Both the position numbers and the translations under genes were made by a program. From a virus: a stretch of DNA of 64,000 nt. Positions 19,801-29,283 of this stretch are shown in pieces; position 1 is the first letter of the stretch, and each line of letters opens with the position of its first letter. The notes below the pieces were generated by a model. It saw only the letters and a list, made by a program, of their open reading frames with translations. It made no database searches and was not told where the DNA came from. The stretch covers positions 5,419 through 69,418 of the IMG/VR virus record IMGVR_UViG_3300037010_002901, one strand, 5' to 3'.

Positions 19801-22018
19801 GCGCTTGACTTACTATGTTCGCAGATGAACCAGTTTGCGATGTGTCTACTAAATATCCACTGACAGATACATCCGACAATGCTGGTTGTAAACTTCGGCA
19901 GTCTTCAACTACAAATTCTCCTATAAATACATCGGAGTTCGTAACTTCAATTTCTATTTCTTTTTTTGTGAAATCATACCCAGTAAATACCCCGCCCACA
20001 AATGGACTTATATTTCTAACATTCGTAGATGTTGTTTGATACCTTCTGCCGTTGTTTAAGTCATATGCTGCACCTTTGCCTAATACGTCTCCAAATGAGC
20101 ACCAGTGGGAAGCAAGGCGAACTATATGCTTGCCTTTTTTTACTTTAATTTTGAATTTCTGTATGACATCAATATTTGTATATCCTTCACTCAGAAAAGA
20201 TTGAATTGTGCTAACATTATCTGCATTTATGACACCCCCGCCATCCGTAGGCAGATATACACCGGCATTGAATGCCCCGCTTGTTCCTTTTTTTAATTGC
20301 ACTTGAGTTGAAACTCCATAAAAATCTGTTCCAGCGGAGTATGCTACCCAACCTGCAAGTGGAATGAGCTGATCTAAGTTATCTGCCTTATCGCTGTAAT
20401 GATAGCCACTGTTGTTATTATAAGTCATACCTCCCCACTGAGGATACTTTTCGTATGTCAGAGGGCTTGCTGGATCTGCAGGAGTATATTTATAAATTGG
20501 CTGTAACATTTGTGCAATGCTTGGCGCGGTATTGGGAGATGTTTTAAGTACGTTCCCTGATAGCATATCCATCATAAAGTTGAATATCCTGATCTGCCCG
20601 TAGATATAATAGTATGTATCATCACCATCATCAAAATCATGTGAAACCTCTATATTTACACAATCAACTGCGTCATAATTTTCTGTAATCCCACCCATGA
20701 CCAAGTGATTATTAACAAATTTCTGAGAACTGTTTTGTATTGGTACTACGTCATATTCCTTCGCAGCTAAAGCAGCATCAATAGAGTTTGAAACTGTATT
20801 GTTATAGAAGTCGTAATATCCACTTAGTACTCCATTTTCAAATTGAAGAAGATCACAGATATCAAGTAATGCCACTTCTCTCCAATCGCCCACGTTATCA
20901 TTTGCGTCAGCCTTTACAAATATCGCAACGCGGGTTATCAATCCTATATTCTCTACGAATTTTGGATCATTGAAGTCAATGTGCAGGTAGTTGTATATGC
21001 TCAGTTGTAGCCCATCATTAGCAGTTTCATTTATGGGAACTTGGCTGATTGGTCCCAATGCCGACTGTTCAAAATCATCATACTGGTATTGAATTCTGAA
21101 TTGGAATACAGTATTTTTTATATTGTTGTATTTCTTACTGCTGTCTATTGCAAAGGTGGATACCGGTGATAAGACTGGTGGATATTTGCAAAGATCAGTC
21201 ATCCGTTCAGTAAAATTTTCTCCGTACCAATTTATCGGAACTGTCAATATATCATTTGCAATAAAAAAGGCATTTACTTTGTTGGCTTGCACTTCAGTAA
21301 TATCTATGCTGCAGTCACAGGCGCTCGCTGTCACATACGTCTTCATAGTCGCATCCGCGTTGATGGCATTCGCTAGATATTCAAGTAGTAATGCTTTACT
21401 TGTAATCTGAGGCTGTGACCTTGTATCAATAGTCAGCGTATAAATTGACTGAGTTGTGCCAACTTGATTTATGTTGAAAAAAAACCTAGTTTGAAAATTG
21501 GTATAGTTTACTGGAAGATAGCAAGTCCAAGTTTTGAATTTATTTGTAATTTCCGCTTTTGTAGCATTTATTTTACGCGACTTAATATTATCAGTCCAGT
21601 AAATCATAACGCCCTGCTTACTTCCTCTTACGACATCTACAGAGGTTATTAAGGTGTCCTGCTCCCACTTCCAATCATATGTAGCCACAAGATTAATCGA
21701 GCCATAAGTAGAATCCGCACTTGGGATATAATGAAGAATTTTATGTTTTGAGTCTGCCGCCCATAAGAAGTAAAAAACACTTTTGTCAGTGTCGTCCTCT
21801 GCTGTTCCAATGCACTTGTGATAGATATTTTGAAGATCATACTGAACTAAAATATTTCCCTTAAGGTTTGACGCTGCACTCTCGTTGTTCTCATAGGAAT
21901 ATGAATTCCTGATATTAACTGCATATCTGTAATCACCCTCTCCGGTATTTATCTTGATATCTACACTATCAAAATCCATGCCTCCGATTGGCTCTATTGA
22001 TGCTATTGGATGCGCCAT
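16820..22018 (-). CDS. tail stabilisation/muzzle protein (crAss-like, P22 gp10-related)
   Basis: GGMDFD..YRYAVNIR N-terminus, NHLVMGGITENYD, SLKRGGVYQVG, LNGLSSF, EYGSQNPES, ISFCE..NKWCSTYSF.PDYY, NRFYG. Confidence 0.75.
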   Translation of the reverse strand: MAHPIASIEPIGGMDFDSVDIKINTGEGDYRYAVNIRNSYSYENNESAASNLKGNILVQYDLQNIYHKCIGTAEDDTDKSVFYFLWAADSKHKILHYIPSADSTYGSINLVATYDWKWEQDTLITSVDVVRGSKQGVMIYWTDNIKSRKINATKAEITNKFKTWTCYLPVNYTNFQTRFFFNINQVGTTQSIYTLTIDTRSQPQITSKALLLEYLANAINADATMKTYVTASACDCSIDITEVQANKVNAFFIANDILTVPINWYGENFTERMTDLCKYPPVLSPVSTFAIDSSKKYNNIKNTVFQFRIQYQYDDFEQSALGPISQVPINETANDGLQLSIYNYLHIDFNDPKFVENIGLITRVAIFVKADANDNVGDWREVALLDICDLLQFENGVLSGYYDFYNNTVSNSIDAALAAKEYDVVPIQNSSQKFVNNHLVMGGITENYDAVDCVNIEVSHDFDDGDDTYYYIYGQIRIFNFMMDMLSGNVLKTSPNTAPSIAQMLQPIYKYTPADPASPLTYEKYPQWGGMTYNNNSGYHYSDKADNLDQLIPLAGWVAYSAGTDFYGVSTQVQLKKGTSGAFNAGVYLPTDGGGVINADNVSTIQSFLSEGYTNIDVIQKFKIKVKKGKHIVRLASHWCSFGDVLGKGAAYDLNNGRRYQTTSTNVRNISPFVGGVFTGYDFTKKEIEIEVTNSDVFIGEFVVEDCRSLQPALSDVSVSGYLVDTSQTGSSANIVSQAPRIEGQIFEMVATGIDTGIAGTTYTSVIDHNGYFYRAIWNFEQDSPDIEGSFKFRFRIAYIAGTNYLYDTKTLVPFISNSILQDIDNAILSASSVDISTQVGGINFPDVKKAYQFLFCVSDAVAINSMSTTITGRFVDSQGNGISGATVIFGYCGRVVTTDVDGYYKLLVYSVVLGYIDLSTPHRLFSDLIIQYNGTTNNINNNPQAIRFLTMPATYAAAGYSLIANYDPFGKSLKRGGVYQVGYREYDAAGRVNTVMTNQKCIFTIPFITEDLHDYYPDQYPVGTYKYGKVKTTVKLNFKPSKFAVSYQILLALNQYESDYLVWMANEITYVSNIGYSSAENAGANTVLTTNTISGGNIVSSVSTTTPTSTYVKPVVSSYQAGDATNIYISLKNLVDFQRSNPDSVLAYSYQAGDRIRLISDANGVKYTQLYELDVTGYDSVLQSIIVRNSVSLPELSAGILFEVLHPKTTVEQDKLIFYEVGETFLCTNPGSDNNDFTQNPIVLTCGDTYWRRRQYLVNDPAHYIFESTNYLIEDRGLSDFFNSKSWDIGRVGISDPYFKQQHYPTKLRLSNVFIAGTQLNGLSSFEPLNDKDDISISNGEIRRFMLIGQVLLIVCDNKNTSIYLGAILARDQGGQGLMQVTDSFFGNTRAFEAEYGSQNPESIRQWQGYVYGWDANQGLAWRYSSNGFHQISNYNAKGFFNRYRGVEIWSSPSAFDKAYEEYIMTIYPTVETKISSTFYNPIRKTVNVNLNVLVSSLGIVLGDIVGISGTHMHSGQYQRIKGTVSYISGNTLTVLVNGISDAFINATLYSKGTGVTISFCEPKNKWCSTYSFLPDYYGNFSKELISFKNGSLWIHDKDNTPAGMNRFYGVKYSSLIRFVFNILPKEIKNWWAILLDQRQDNGLFDWFCSSVTNIVGQESNIPNRNFERWFQFWHAFFLRDVNTLNKTYPLLEGNILQSNSLTVDVENPSNDKVSLREIRVMYSSSKGQIK

Positions 22019-22050
22019 TACTTATGTTTTGAAAAATAAAAAATAAAATA

Positions 22051-22839
22051 TTATCGCTTAGGTACACCTCTTATTGAATCTCGGTAGATTTCAAGAAAGC
22101 CTTCCATCGTGAATGCAGATTTTCGAGCCAGCACTCGGCGCCATGCAATATTTTTGTCTGACTTATACAATTCTATCAGACCTAAGTATGATTTGTCCTT
22201 GAGAGCTCTATATTTAGCTACCCTATAAACTACTCCGTTTACTACCGCTTCTATGATGTCATCATTCACGATTCCATTTATTCCGTAAAGACTACCGTTT
22301 GACCTGTATTCCATGACAACCTCTTTGATAAGGCGGTGTTCATTTCTTTCAACTACTATCTGGCTATTAGGCTGATCTATTCTAAAGTCTCCATAGTGAA
22401 ACCCGGCGCCGGCTCCATATGCGCCGGCTACATACTGCCCATTGTGAAAGTAGCTGGCATAATACCACTGAGAACCCCAGTATGGGCTATTCAGACTGTT
22501 GCTTTCATATTCTCCCATTCGCTGCGCACATTCATCATGCGAACAGCATGAACTTATGTCAAAGAGATCCTGATTGTAAGTCAAATTTAGTATTCTTCCG
22601 CAGTGCAGAGCCCCTACCTTTAGATATGTAGAGTAATCACTTGGGAGAGTTCCGACGCCTTCTACAATAGGAATGCGCACAGTTTTAAATACCATAGCAT
22701 CGTATAAGCCAGCAAGTATAAGCTCGCGCATTTCGTCCTGGGCGTGTTTATAATACGTGAGTGCATAGACATCATTGTCTTCTTCAAAATTCTTTTGCAC
22801 GCTCGATACCACGTCCCATAAATCTTTATACTCTGCCAT
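22051..22839 (-). CDS. tail ring/tubular protein
   Basis: LPSDY..YLKVG and VVMEYRSNG motifs; position. Confidence 0.6.
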   Translation of the reverse strand: MAEYKDLWDVVSSVQKNFEEDNDVYALTYYKHAQDEMRELILAGLYDAMVFKTVRIPIVEGVGTLPSDYSTYLKVGALHCGRILNLTYNQDLFDISSCCSHDECAQRMGEYESNSLNSPYWGSQWYYASYFHNGQYVAGAYGAGAGFHYGDFRIDQPNSQIVVERNEHRLIKEVVMEYRSNGSLYGINGIVNDDIIEAVVNGVVYRVAKYRALKDKSYLGLIELYKSDKNIAWRRVLARKSAFTMEGFLEIYRDSIRGVPKR

Positions 22840-22849
22840 ATTTTACGGT

Positions 22850-23458
22850 TTAGGGTCTTCCATTATTATCACCTAGTTTTGGTGTTTCTTTCTTGATCAT
22901 GAGTGATCTCATTACCATATCGCGAACGCGGCCCTCGATTTCACTATTCCCAAATATCTCCCACAATTGATCCATTTCTGGGGCAGCAAGAGAGGGTATA
23001 AGTTTGATTAATGCCTCAGTGGCTCCATTGGTAAAGGCAGCATATATAGTGCTCCCTTCCAGCCAATATACCGGTCTGCCTCCATAGTCTTCTTCTCTAA
23101 ACTGTGAAGTTTTTCCAGCTTGAGTAGGAAGCCAGTTTTTAAAGCCTGCAGGTTTGCCGCACTCGACAAATTTGGTATTCGAAATACTGCGTATTCCTAA
23201 ATCCCCTACACCATTTGCTATCGCAATAGGAAGATTAAATTTCATAAGTCCCGTATCCGGATCTGGCAGAAGATTCACCTTGAAAGATCGAATGTAGTCA
23301 CCGGTTGGCATTTTTCCTGTCTGTCTGAATATTTCAGCTATTATTTGACCTCGGCAAGTATCCGTCAATGCAAATATCATACGATCATCAAACTTTGTGT
23401 TTGCGTCGTATTGGCCCATCAATTGACCTATAAGCTCAGCCCAAATCTGTAAGTTCAT
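22850..23458 (-). CDS. tail ring protein (putative)
   Basis: Size and position among ring genes. Confidence 0.5.
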   Translation of the reverse strand: MNLQIWAELIGQLMGQYDANTKFDDRMIFALTDTCRGQIIAEIFRQTGKMPTGDYIRSFKVNLLPDPDTGLMKFNLPIAIANGVGDLGIRSISNTKFVECGKPAGFKNWLPTQAGKTSQFREEDYGGRPVYWLEGSTIYAAFTNGATEALIKLIPSLAAPEMDQLWEIFGNSEIEGRVRDMVMRSLMIKKETPKLGDNNGRP

Positions 23459-23459
23459 A

Positions 23460-24152
23460 TTATTGGCCCTTTTCCATTATTTTTCTTGCATATTCAATAA
23501 CCTGTTCGTCTTGTACAGAAATTCCAGCCGCCTCCAACAGCTGCCCAAGAATATCCTGCCAGCATATCTGCGGGAACTCAAATTGCACACTACCGGTAGG
23601 TATGTACTGATCTGTGCTTGTATATAGCCTCACTGGCGTAGCTGGCATCCTCAAATAAGTCAAAAGCACGGTATTAATTTCTTTTGGCTCTACACGATAT
23701 CCATATTGAGTCCAAGTTCCTACTGGGCGTCTGACTGTCGGCGGAATGAGAAAACTGCCTAACCTGTCTGTAAATTCAGCGTCGGGTACCATTTCTACCC
23801 TATCCTCATAAGATTTTGTCTCACAATTTTCTTCGTATGTATATCGGAATCTTAGTGAGCTAAAAGCAACATAGTCTTGTGGCTTTGGGAAAAACCCGCT
23901 GATTGCTCTGCTAATCTGATATTCAGGCACTATGAATGCATCTATACGATCACTGACTCCTTGGGAAATCTGGTATTGTATTTTTGACATTGGCTGGCCA
24001 ACTGCCCATTCCTCAGGAATGCCAAGGTACTTTTTGTAGTATTTTAGATTTACAAGCTGGCAATATTCATTAAACCTGTCTGGGCCATACATACCACTTC
24101 CTAACTCCCTGGAGAAGTAGCCAACAATTAGATACAAATCGTTTATGTTCAT
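23460..24152 (-). CDS. tail ring/adaptor protein
   Basis: PDRFN, PQDY, LTYLRMPATP, QFEFP...GIS motifs typical of crAss-like ring proteins. Confidence 0.65.
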   Translation of the reverse strand: MNINDLYLIVGYFSRELGSGMYGPDRFNEYCQLVNLKYYKKYLGIPEEWAVGQPMSKIQYQISQGVSDRIDAFIVPEYQISRAISGFFPKPQDYVAFSSLRFRYTYEENCETKSYEDRVEMVPDAEFTDRLGSFLIPPTVRRPVGTWTQYGYRVEPKEINTVLLTYLRMPATPVRLYTSTDQYIPTGSVQFEFPQICWQDILGQLLEAAGISVQDEQVIEYARKIMEKGQ

Positions 24153-24161
24153 GATGGCTCA

Positions 24162-25085
24162 TTATTTTTTAACGTAGACTGTGCCATTCCAGATCAAAGA
24201 TAATGTCTGGGTTACACTTGCTGCGCCAGTGATTGTATCAAATACACAATTGCTGCCGGCTGTCACCGTGTATGATCCGGTAAAGCCCAGTACTATTGTT
24301 ATTTCAGAATATGGATTTGCCCCAAAAGTTCCCGCGCTTGGCGCAGTAAGATTAAGAGTTACGCTTCCATTTACCGAGCCGACATTTATCAATAGCAGAT
24401 TTGCTACCGGAACAATACTTTGGGTACCTGCGGCCCATGTTGCTATCTGTAGTTGCTTTGTAAGTACTAGAAGCTGATTTAATGCCGCATCAGCATTATC
24501 CGAGGCTGTATTTGCTGTAATTTGAGCAGCGGCTCCTACTGCCTCGGCTTCTGATTGTGCATTCGCTATGGCCACTCCTTGAGCTATAGAAACTGGCTTA
24601 TTATTATCTGCCGTGTTGTCTACGTAGTTCAATCCAACATCTCCTTTTGATAGTGTGATTGTTCCCGTTTTACCGGCAACTGATAACACCGGAGGTACGT
24701 ATGAGTCAAACGCAGTTGAAATTGCGTCGCTGATATCTGCGCTTATGCATTCAATATACCATTTGCCGTTAAATTTCATTGTTACAAGCACATCAACGGA
24801 CTCGCCTATTGCAATGAGACCGGTCAAATTCTGACCTTGGACTATCACCGTATGACCCGCTGCAGTCATATTGCAGGTAAACCATAAATCTATGGAATCA
24901 CCAGCTACATATGTGTCTGAATTTGCCGATACTACAAAATTTGCCGACAATGTTCTTTGCCCACCTATATAGTATGCTGCATTTTGAATAGGATTGTGCT
25001 GCCCTTCTACCGGAGCTCCATATTTTGCAATTGTCAACGAAGAGACATCTGCTACATCAATAGCTATTATATTTTCAGTTTTCAT
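24162..25085 (-). CDS. fibre protein
   Basis: VLSVAGKTGTITLSKGDVGLNYVDNTAD.NKPVS.AQ fibre motif. Confidence 0.7.
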   Translation of the reverse strand: MKTENIIAIDVADVSSLTIAKYGAPVEGQHNPIQNAAYYIGGQRTLSANFVVSANSDTYVAGDSIDLWFTCNMTAAGHTVIVQGQNLTGLIAIGESVDVLVTMKFNGKWYIECISADISDAISTAFDSYVPPVLSVAGKTGTITLSKGDVGLNYVDNTADNNKPVSIAQGVAIANAQSEAEAVGAAAQITANTASDNADAALNQLLVLTKQLQIATWAAGTQSIVPVANLLLINVGSVNGSVTLNLTAPSAGTFGANPYSEITIVLGFTGSYTVTAGSNCVFDTITGAASVTQTLSLIWNGTVYVKK

Positions 25086-25094
25086 AGTCCCTAT

Positions 25095-26819
25095 TTAAGC
25101 TGTTTTGTAATTGATCCCCTCGCAGATAAACAAATTTGCTGTACTTGCTGCGCAACTGCTGAAATCTACTGTAAATGTCAGCGGATCTCCCAATGTATAT
25201 ACTCCAAGTTCCAAATTAACTCTTGCAAATCCAGAAAGATCAGTAGCAATACCATAAACTCCAAGAGACTTATATTGAATATCAATTCTGACATTCAAAT
25301 ACGAAACACCGGCTGATTGCCTCAAGTAGAATTTGAAATTTGTAATACCGTAAGTGATAAAAGAGCCCGACGTCTGGTTGAACAGCGTCGCTTGAAGTTG
25401 ATACGTAGTAGATCCTACCGTGATCAGGTGCTTAACAATCTTGGTAGGGTCTGTTGGTGGCGTAGTCACTTCCGTTCTGATGTGCACGGCATCGCCTGCC
25501 ACAGCAAGCGCAGTCGTGCCTATGGTGAAGTTTTTCACGTCAGCTGCACCCGCACCAGTATTTGAATAGTTTATAACTTGCGGCCAGAGTTCTGAAGCTC
25601 CATTTGCTCCCGCCGGACCGGTTGGTCCCGGATCACCTTGAGGACCTGTTATATTACAGATTAGACCATAGATATTTGAGCTTTTTTGATAAACGTTTCC
25701 TGTACTTATATCCAGATACAAGTCAGTATTCGCGCCCAAGCTGTTTGAGGGCACACCCGACCCGGTACGCCATATTGAACCGGCTGTACCAGCTGGCCCC
25801 GGAGCACCGCCGCCTCCCGAGCACCCGCACCCTGTAGCCGTCACCGGCCCTGTTGCGGTTTCGTTCAGGCATTTAGAGCATTTAGGGTCAAGTCCGGTCA
25901 CTGTCCAGAAGCTTGTTACAAACTGCGCATAGTCATCGTCGCATTCAATTGCAGAATTGACCATAGACAGCATTGATGTACCGGCCATAAATCGAGTTAA
26001 TAAACTTGGAGCCAAGGCCGGATTGGTTGTCAGAAGTTTTATATAGTCGTCCTTGAGCTGGCCCAGCGCACAGTATAATTGGCAGCGTACATCAAGGCAC
26101 GAAACAACGCAGGCGCCATCCCCGCTCGCCGGAGTAGTATAGCTAAGAGTTTGGACAATTGTAGTAGTCCCGAGCTGATATGTAGCTGTAGAAGCCAAGC
26201 TCAAAGTATATGTGCCATTCCACAATGCTCCATTACCCTCACTGCCATTATCAATTTGCAACACCTTATTGGTTGTAGTAGCTGTTGGCTGGTTGCTGCC
26301 AGACGGAGGCACTGCCGTGATTACTCTCGATACACCAGTAAGAGAATACCCTTGAAGCACATAATTCGTCACGTCCGTTATTGTCAGAAGTACATTGGTG
26401 CAATTTACCGGAAAGATCAATGCAGGATTTGGCAAACATGATACGCATATTTTTGCGCTTGAATAGTTTACTGTCGCATTTGTAGTAACCGGTGCACTGG
26501 TACTATCTACGTATTGCGCTTGAATATTTATTTTGTATTCTCCGCTCTCAGGTATCGTTGAACCAGAAAGATATGGCAGTGCATAGCTACCTGTCAATGA
26601 ATCAGGGCTTGTAAAGCTCGATGTGTTCCACCCTGTATTTTGATATATCACCGTATTTGAAGGCGAGATGATCTGCAATATCAGTTTCAAAACATGCTGC
26701 GAATCCTGCGGCACTGTCACCGAGTTAATACCGATGTTGTAGCTAATTTGCTGAGACGCGCCGCCTATGCTAAATGACGTCGTAGGTAATATTCCTGCAG
26801 CTAATATTGTAGGGTTCAT
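25095..26819 (-). CDS. structural protein with collagen-like segments
   Basis: GAPGPAGTAGSIWRTGSGVPSNSLG..DLYLD, GPQGDPGPTGPAGANG. Confidence 0.65.
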   Translation of the reverse strand: MNPTILAAGILPTTSFSIGGASQQISYNIGINSVTVPQDSQHVLKLILQIISPSNTVIYQNTGWNTSSFTSPDSLTGSYALPYLSGSTIPESGEYKINIQAQYVDSTSAPVTTNATVNYSSAKICVSCLPNPALIFPVNCTNVLLTITDVTNYVLQGYSLTGVSRVITAVPPSGSNQPTATTTNKVLQIDNGSEGNGALWNGTYTLSLASTATYQLGTTTIVQTLSYTTPASGDGACVVSCLDVRCQLYCALGQLKDDYIKLLTTNPALAPSLLTRFMAGTSMLSMVNSAIECDDDYAQFVTSFWTVTGLDPKCSKCLNETATGPVTATGCGCSGGGGAPGPAGTAGSIWRTGSGVPSNSLGANTDLYLDISTGNVYQKSSNIYGLICNITGPQGDPGPTGPAGANGASELWPQVINYSNTGAGAADVKNFTIGTTALAVAGDAVHIRTEVTTPPTDPTKIVKHLITVGSTTYQLQATLFNQTSGSFITYGITNFKFYLRQSAGVSYLNVRIDIQYKSLGVYGIATDLSGFARVNLELGVYTLGDPLTFTVDFSSCAASTANLFICEGINYKTA

Positions 26820-26832
26820 AGGTTCGGTATTT

Positions 26833-26871
26833 AAAAAGGAAGGCTACTCTATATTATAAAGTAGCCCCTTT
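26833..26871 (-). terminator. intrinsic terminator
   Basis: GGCTACTTTA-TAATA-TAGAGTAGCC plus T tract. Confidence 0.55.
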
Positions 26872-26896
26872 CACGTTTATAGATCCAAAAGTGGCT

Positions 26897-27760
26897 TTAT
26901 GCCTTTTTTAGCTCGTCCTCTATCATTTTCAGAACTGCTTTGCCATCTGCCTTCGTAGTGAGATAAGCAAACAAATCATCATGCTCACTTCTTCCTTTCA
27001 CTATTTGGGTAATCACATCGCTCGGTTCTATGGTTTTCTGATCTTCTTTCACCCAGTACCAGAAACGATTTTTGGGTTCAAAGGCAATAATACCGGCAGA
27101 CTGAGCCTTAGTAATGAGCGCCTTTATTGATCTCGCCTCAGACTCATAAAGCTCTACGAATGTCTTTGGATTTTTCAAAGCGTATGTCTCCAGTTGCTCT
27201 CTGGCTATATCCGCATTCTGAGCGCCATATTTATTTATCGCTGCGAACATATCCAGCGCCTCACCATCCGCCATGTCCACATAAAGAAGTTGTAGAACCT
27301 TAGTCCTTTCAACGTTCTTGGTCTTCCTTTCGGCAGCTTCTTTCCTAGCATCCACCTTGTAGAAGTAACGCTTTTTAGTAGAGCCCTTAGTATCACGATT
27401 AAGTGGGTGGTGCTCCAAAAACCAGACTAACGACTGATCTACCTTCGCGGTATAGCGGCCCTCTCTGAATTGTACTTCAGTATCGTGCCACTTCATAGCG
27501 TCATTACTATCTTTTGTCACGGCGCCCCTTGAATATCTCATTTCAAAGAACTCGCCGTCTATCTCCATTCTGAACATAATTGGCAGATCAAGACCTGCAG
27601 CGAGAACCGGTTGATTTCCAATTATTCTCTCCCCCACCATTACGGTGTGCAGCTTGGCCGTGTTGTTAAGAAGCTGATAAGTAATACCCTCCGAAGGGAT
27701 AGTGAATTTTTTCATAAATTCTTTCCATCCTGTCCAAAGTTCGCCGTTTCTGTAAATCAT
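26897..27760 (-). CDS. conserved crAss-like protein downstream of the major capsid gene
   Basis: FLEHHP.N, F..VD...EA, A..NP..F motifs; position. Confidence 0.6.
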   Translation of the reverse strand: MIYRNGELWTGWKEFMKKFTIPSEGITYQLLNNTAKLHTVMVGERIIGNQPVLAAGLDLPIMFRMEIDGEFFEMRYSRGAVTKDSNDAMKWHDTEVQFREGRYTAKVDQSLVWFLEHHPLNRDTKGSTKKRYFYKVDARKEAAERKTKNVERTKVLQLLYVDMADGEALDMFAAINKYGAQNADIAREQLETYALKNPKTFVELYESEARSIKALITKAQSAGIIAFEPKNRFWYWVKEDQKTIEPSDVITQIVKGRSEHDDLFAYLTTKADGKAVLKMIEDELKKA

Positions 27761-27777
27761 ATCTAGTTTTTATAAGG

Positions 27778-27806
27778 AAAGCCGCAGGCTTTTTTGACCT
27801 GCGGCT
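27778..27806 (-). terminator. terminator after the major capsid gene
   Basis: AGCCGCAGG...CCTGCGGCT inverted repeat plus T-rich tail. Confidence 0.65.
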
Positions 27807-27815
27807 CGTGAAAAA

Positions 27816-29264
27816 TTATGCTGTTTCTACTACCTGGTAGAATTGGTTTCCTGCGTAGATTTCTATTCCAAGCTCAGAGAGCATGTTCATTTGGCTCAAA
27901 TCCACTGTAGAGTTGTTTGCATATTTGCTCGCACCACCAGTCCACCAAACTCTTTGCTTTCTTGAGTAGCCGTCTTTTTCTTTGTGACGGAATTGAACGT
28001 TAGGTACAGACCCTTTTGTAACTGGATCAGTATTTTCCTGGTTTGGCACCATTACGCCCAGCCCTTCATAAAGGTATCCGGGAAGACCCATTCCCTTGGG
28101 GTGTGAGAATATTTCCATAGTATTCAGGTGGTACTTTATTTTGGTACCAGCCATTGTAATGCTGTCGAAGCCAAGATCCACATCTTTGGTATTGTCATAA
28201 CCCCAGTCGCCATTACGCTTGCTGAATATTGTTGGATTTTCCTTATAAAGACCGCCGATTGCTGTACCTACTTCATCCGCGAGATTGATACCCATGAAGA
28301 ACATGTGCTCTTTACCGGCAAAAGCTCTGATTTGTTGTTTACCGATGGCACGAAGATCATTGATTGAAAATGTATTACTTATATAAGGTCGAGTATAGCC
28401 GTAGTTTGTGATATAAGGCAGCAGACCTGTCATGTTTCTCAGACCTAAACCTATACTGGTTGTATCAGTCACCGGTTCATCAATCAAAGCCGCATTGCTG
28501 ATATACTGTTTAAGTCTATATTCTGTATCCATGATAGCCTTAGACATGTAGACATTTGATCCATCTAACTCAAACCAAAGACCGTTGGTAAGCTCGGTAT
28601 TAGACCCTTTGCAGGTTTCCTTCACAATCTTAGCACCAAAAGTAAACTGAGTTACCTGAGAAGCACGACCGCGTGGCTGATCTGTTTCCTCTGCAAAACC
28701 ATTTGAGTATATGAAAAGCTGATCATTAGCCGTTACTCCACCGAATGACACGCCCGCCACTGTTGGTTGGATAACGATACTAAAGTTGGGAGCTGTACCA
28801 GTGATACTTATAATTTGACCTTGTGCTCCGTTACCAGTATTCTGCACGTTATCACCAGGACGAGCATATATTTGTCCTGCGAGAACACTTGTTGGATTAA
28901 TTGGTATTGTAATTGGGTTGCCCGGTCCTGCATCCGCTACAGTGCTTAATACAGCCGCGTAATCTATATAGTAACCTTCTTCAAAGTGACTAAAGTTTGT
29001 TTGCGCTACACCGTCATATGTAGACGTATAGCCCATCATCATAAGTGTATCGTAAAAAGTGTGACCCTGTTTACCAAAGGTCTTCACCAAGAAGTCACGG
29101 TATTCAGGTTTATGGGCTCCCATTGTAGTTACAAGGGCGTCATTTACATCTACACTTGCCGAGTGTAGGTCTTCCGGTCGAACACCAAATGCGGTAATTG
29201 CCGGGTGTGCTACTGCCGAAAAAATCGCAAACAGCAACGAAAAAATTAACGAGATACGTTTCAT
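27816..29264 (-). CDS. major capsid protein (crAss-like type)
   Basis: After portal and scaffold; IYSNGFAEETDQP, IVKETCKGS, TGLLPYI, DLGFDSI, MLSELGIE..AGNQF motifs; terminator follows. Confidence 0.8.
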   Translation of the reverse strand: MKRISLIFSLLFAIFSAVAHPAITAFGVRPEDLHSASVDVNDALVTTMGAHKPEYRDFLVKTFGKQGHTFYDTLMMMGYTSTYDGVAQTNFSHFEEGYYIDYAAVLSTVADAGPGNPITIPINPTSVLAGQIYARPGDNVQNTGNGAQGQIISITGTAPNFSIVIQPTVAGVSFGGVTANDQLFIYSNGFAEETDQPRGRASQVTQFTFGAKIVKETCKGSNTELTNGLWFELDGSNVYMSKAIMDTEYRLKQYISNAALIDEPVTDTTSIGLGLRNMTGLLPYITNYGYTRPYISNTFSINDLRAIGKQQIRAFAGKEHMFFMGINLADEVGTAIGGLYKENPTIFSKRNGDWGYDNTKDVDLGFDSITMAGTKIKYHLNTMEIFSHPKGMGLPGYLYEGLGVMVPNQENTDPVTKGSVPNVQFRHKEKDGYSRKQRVWWTGGASKYANNSTVDLSQMNMLSELGIEIYAGNQFYQVVETA

Positions 29265-29283
29265 GGGTAGTTTTTTTAGGTTT

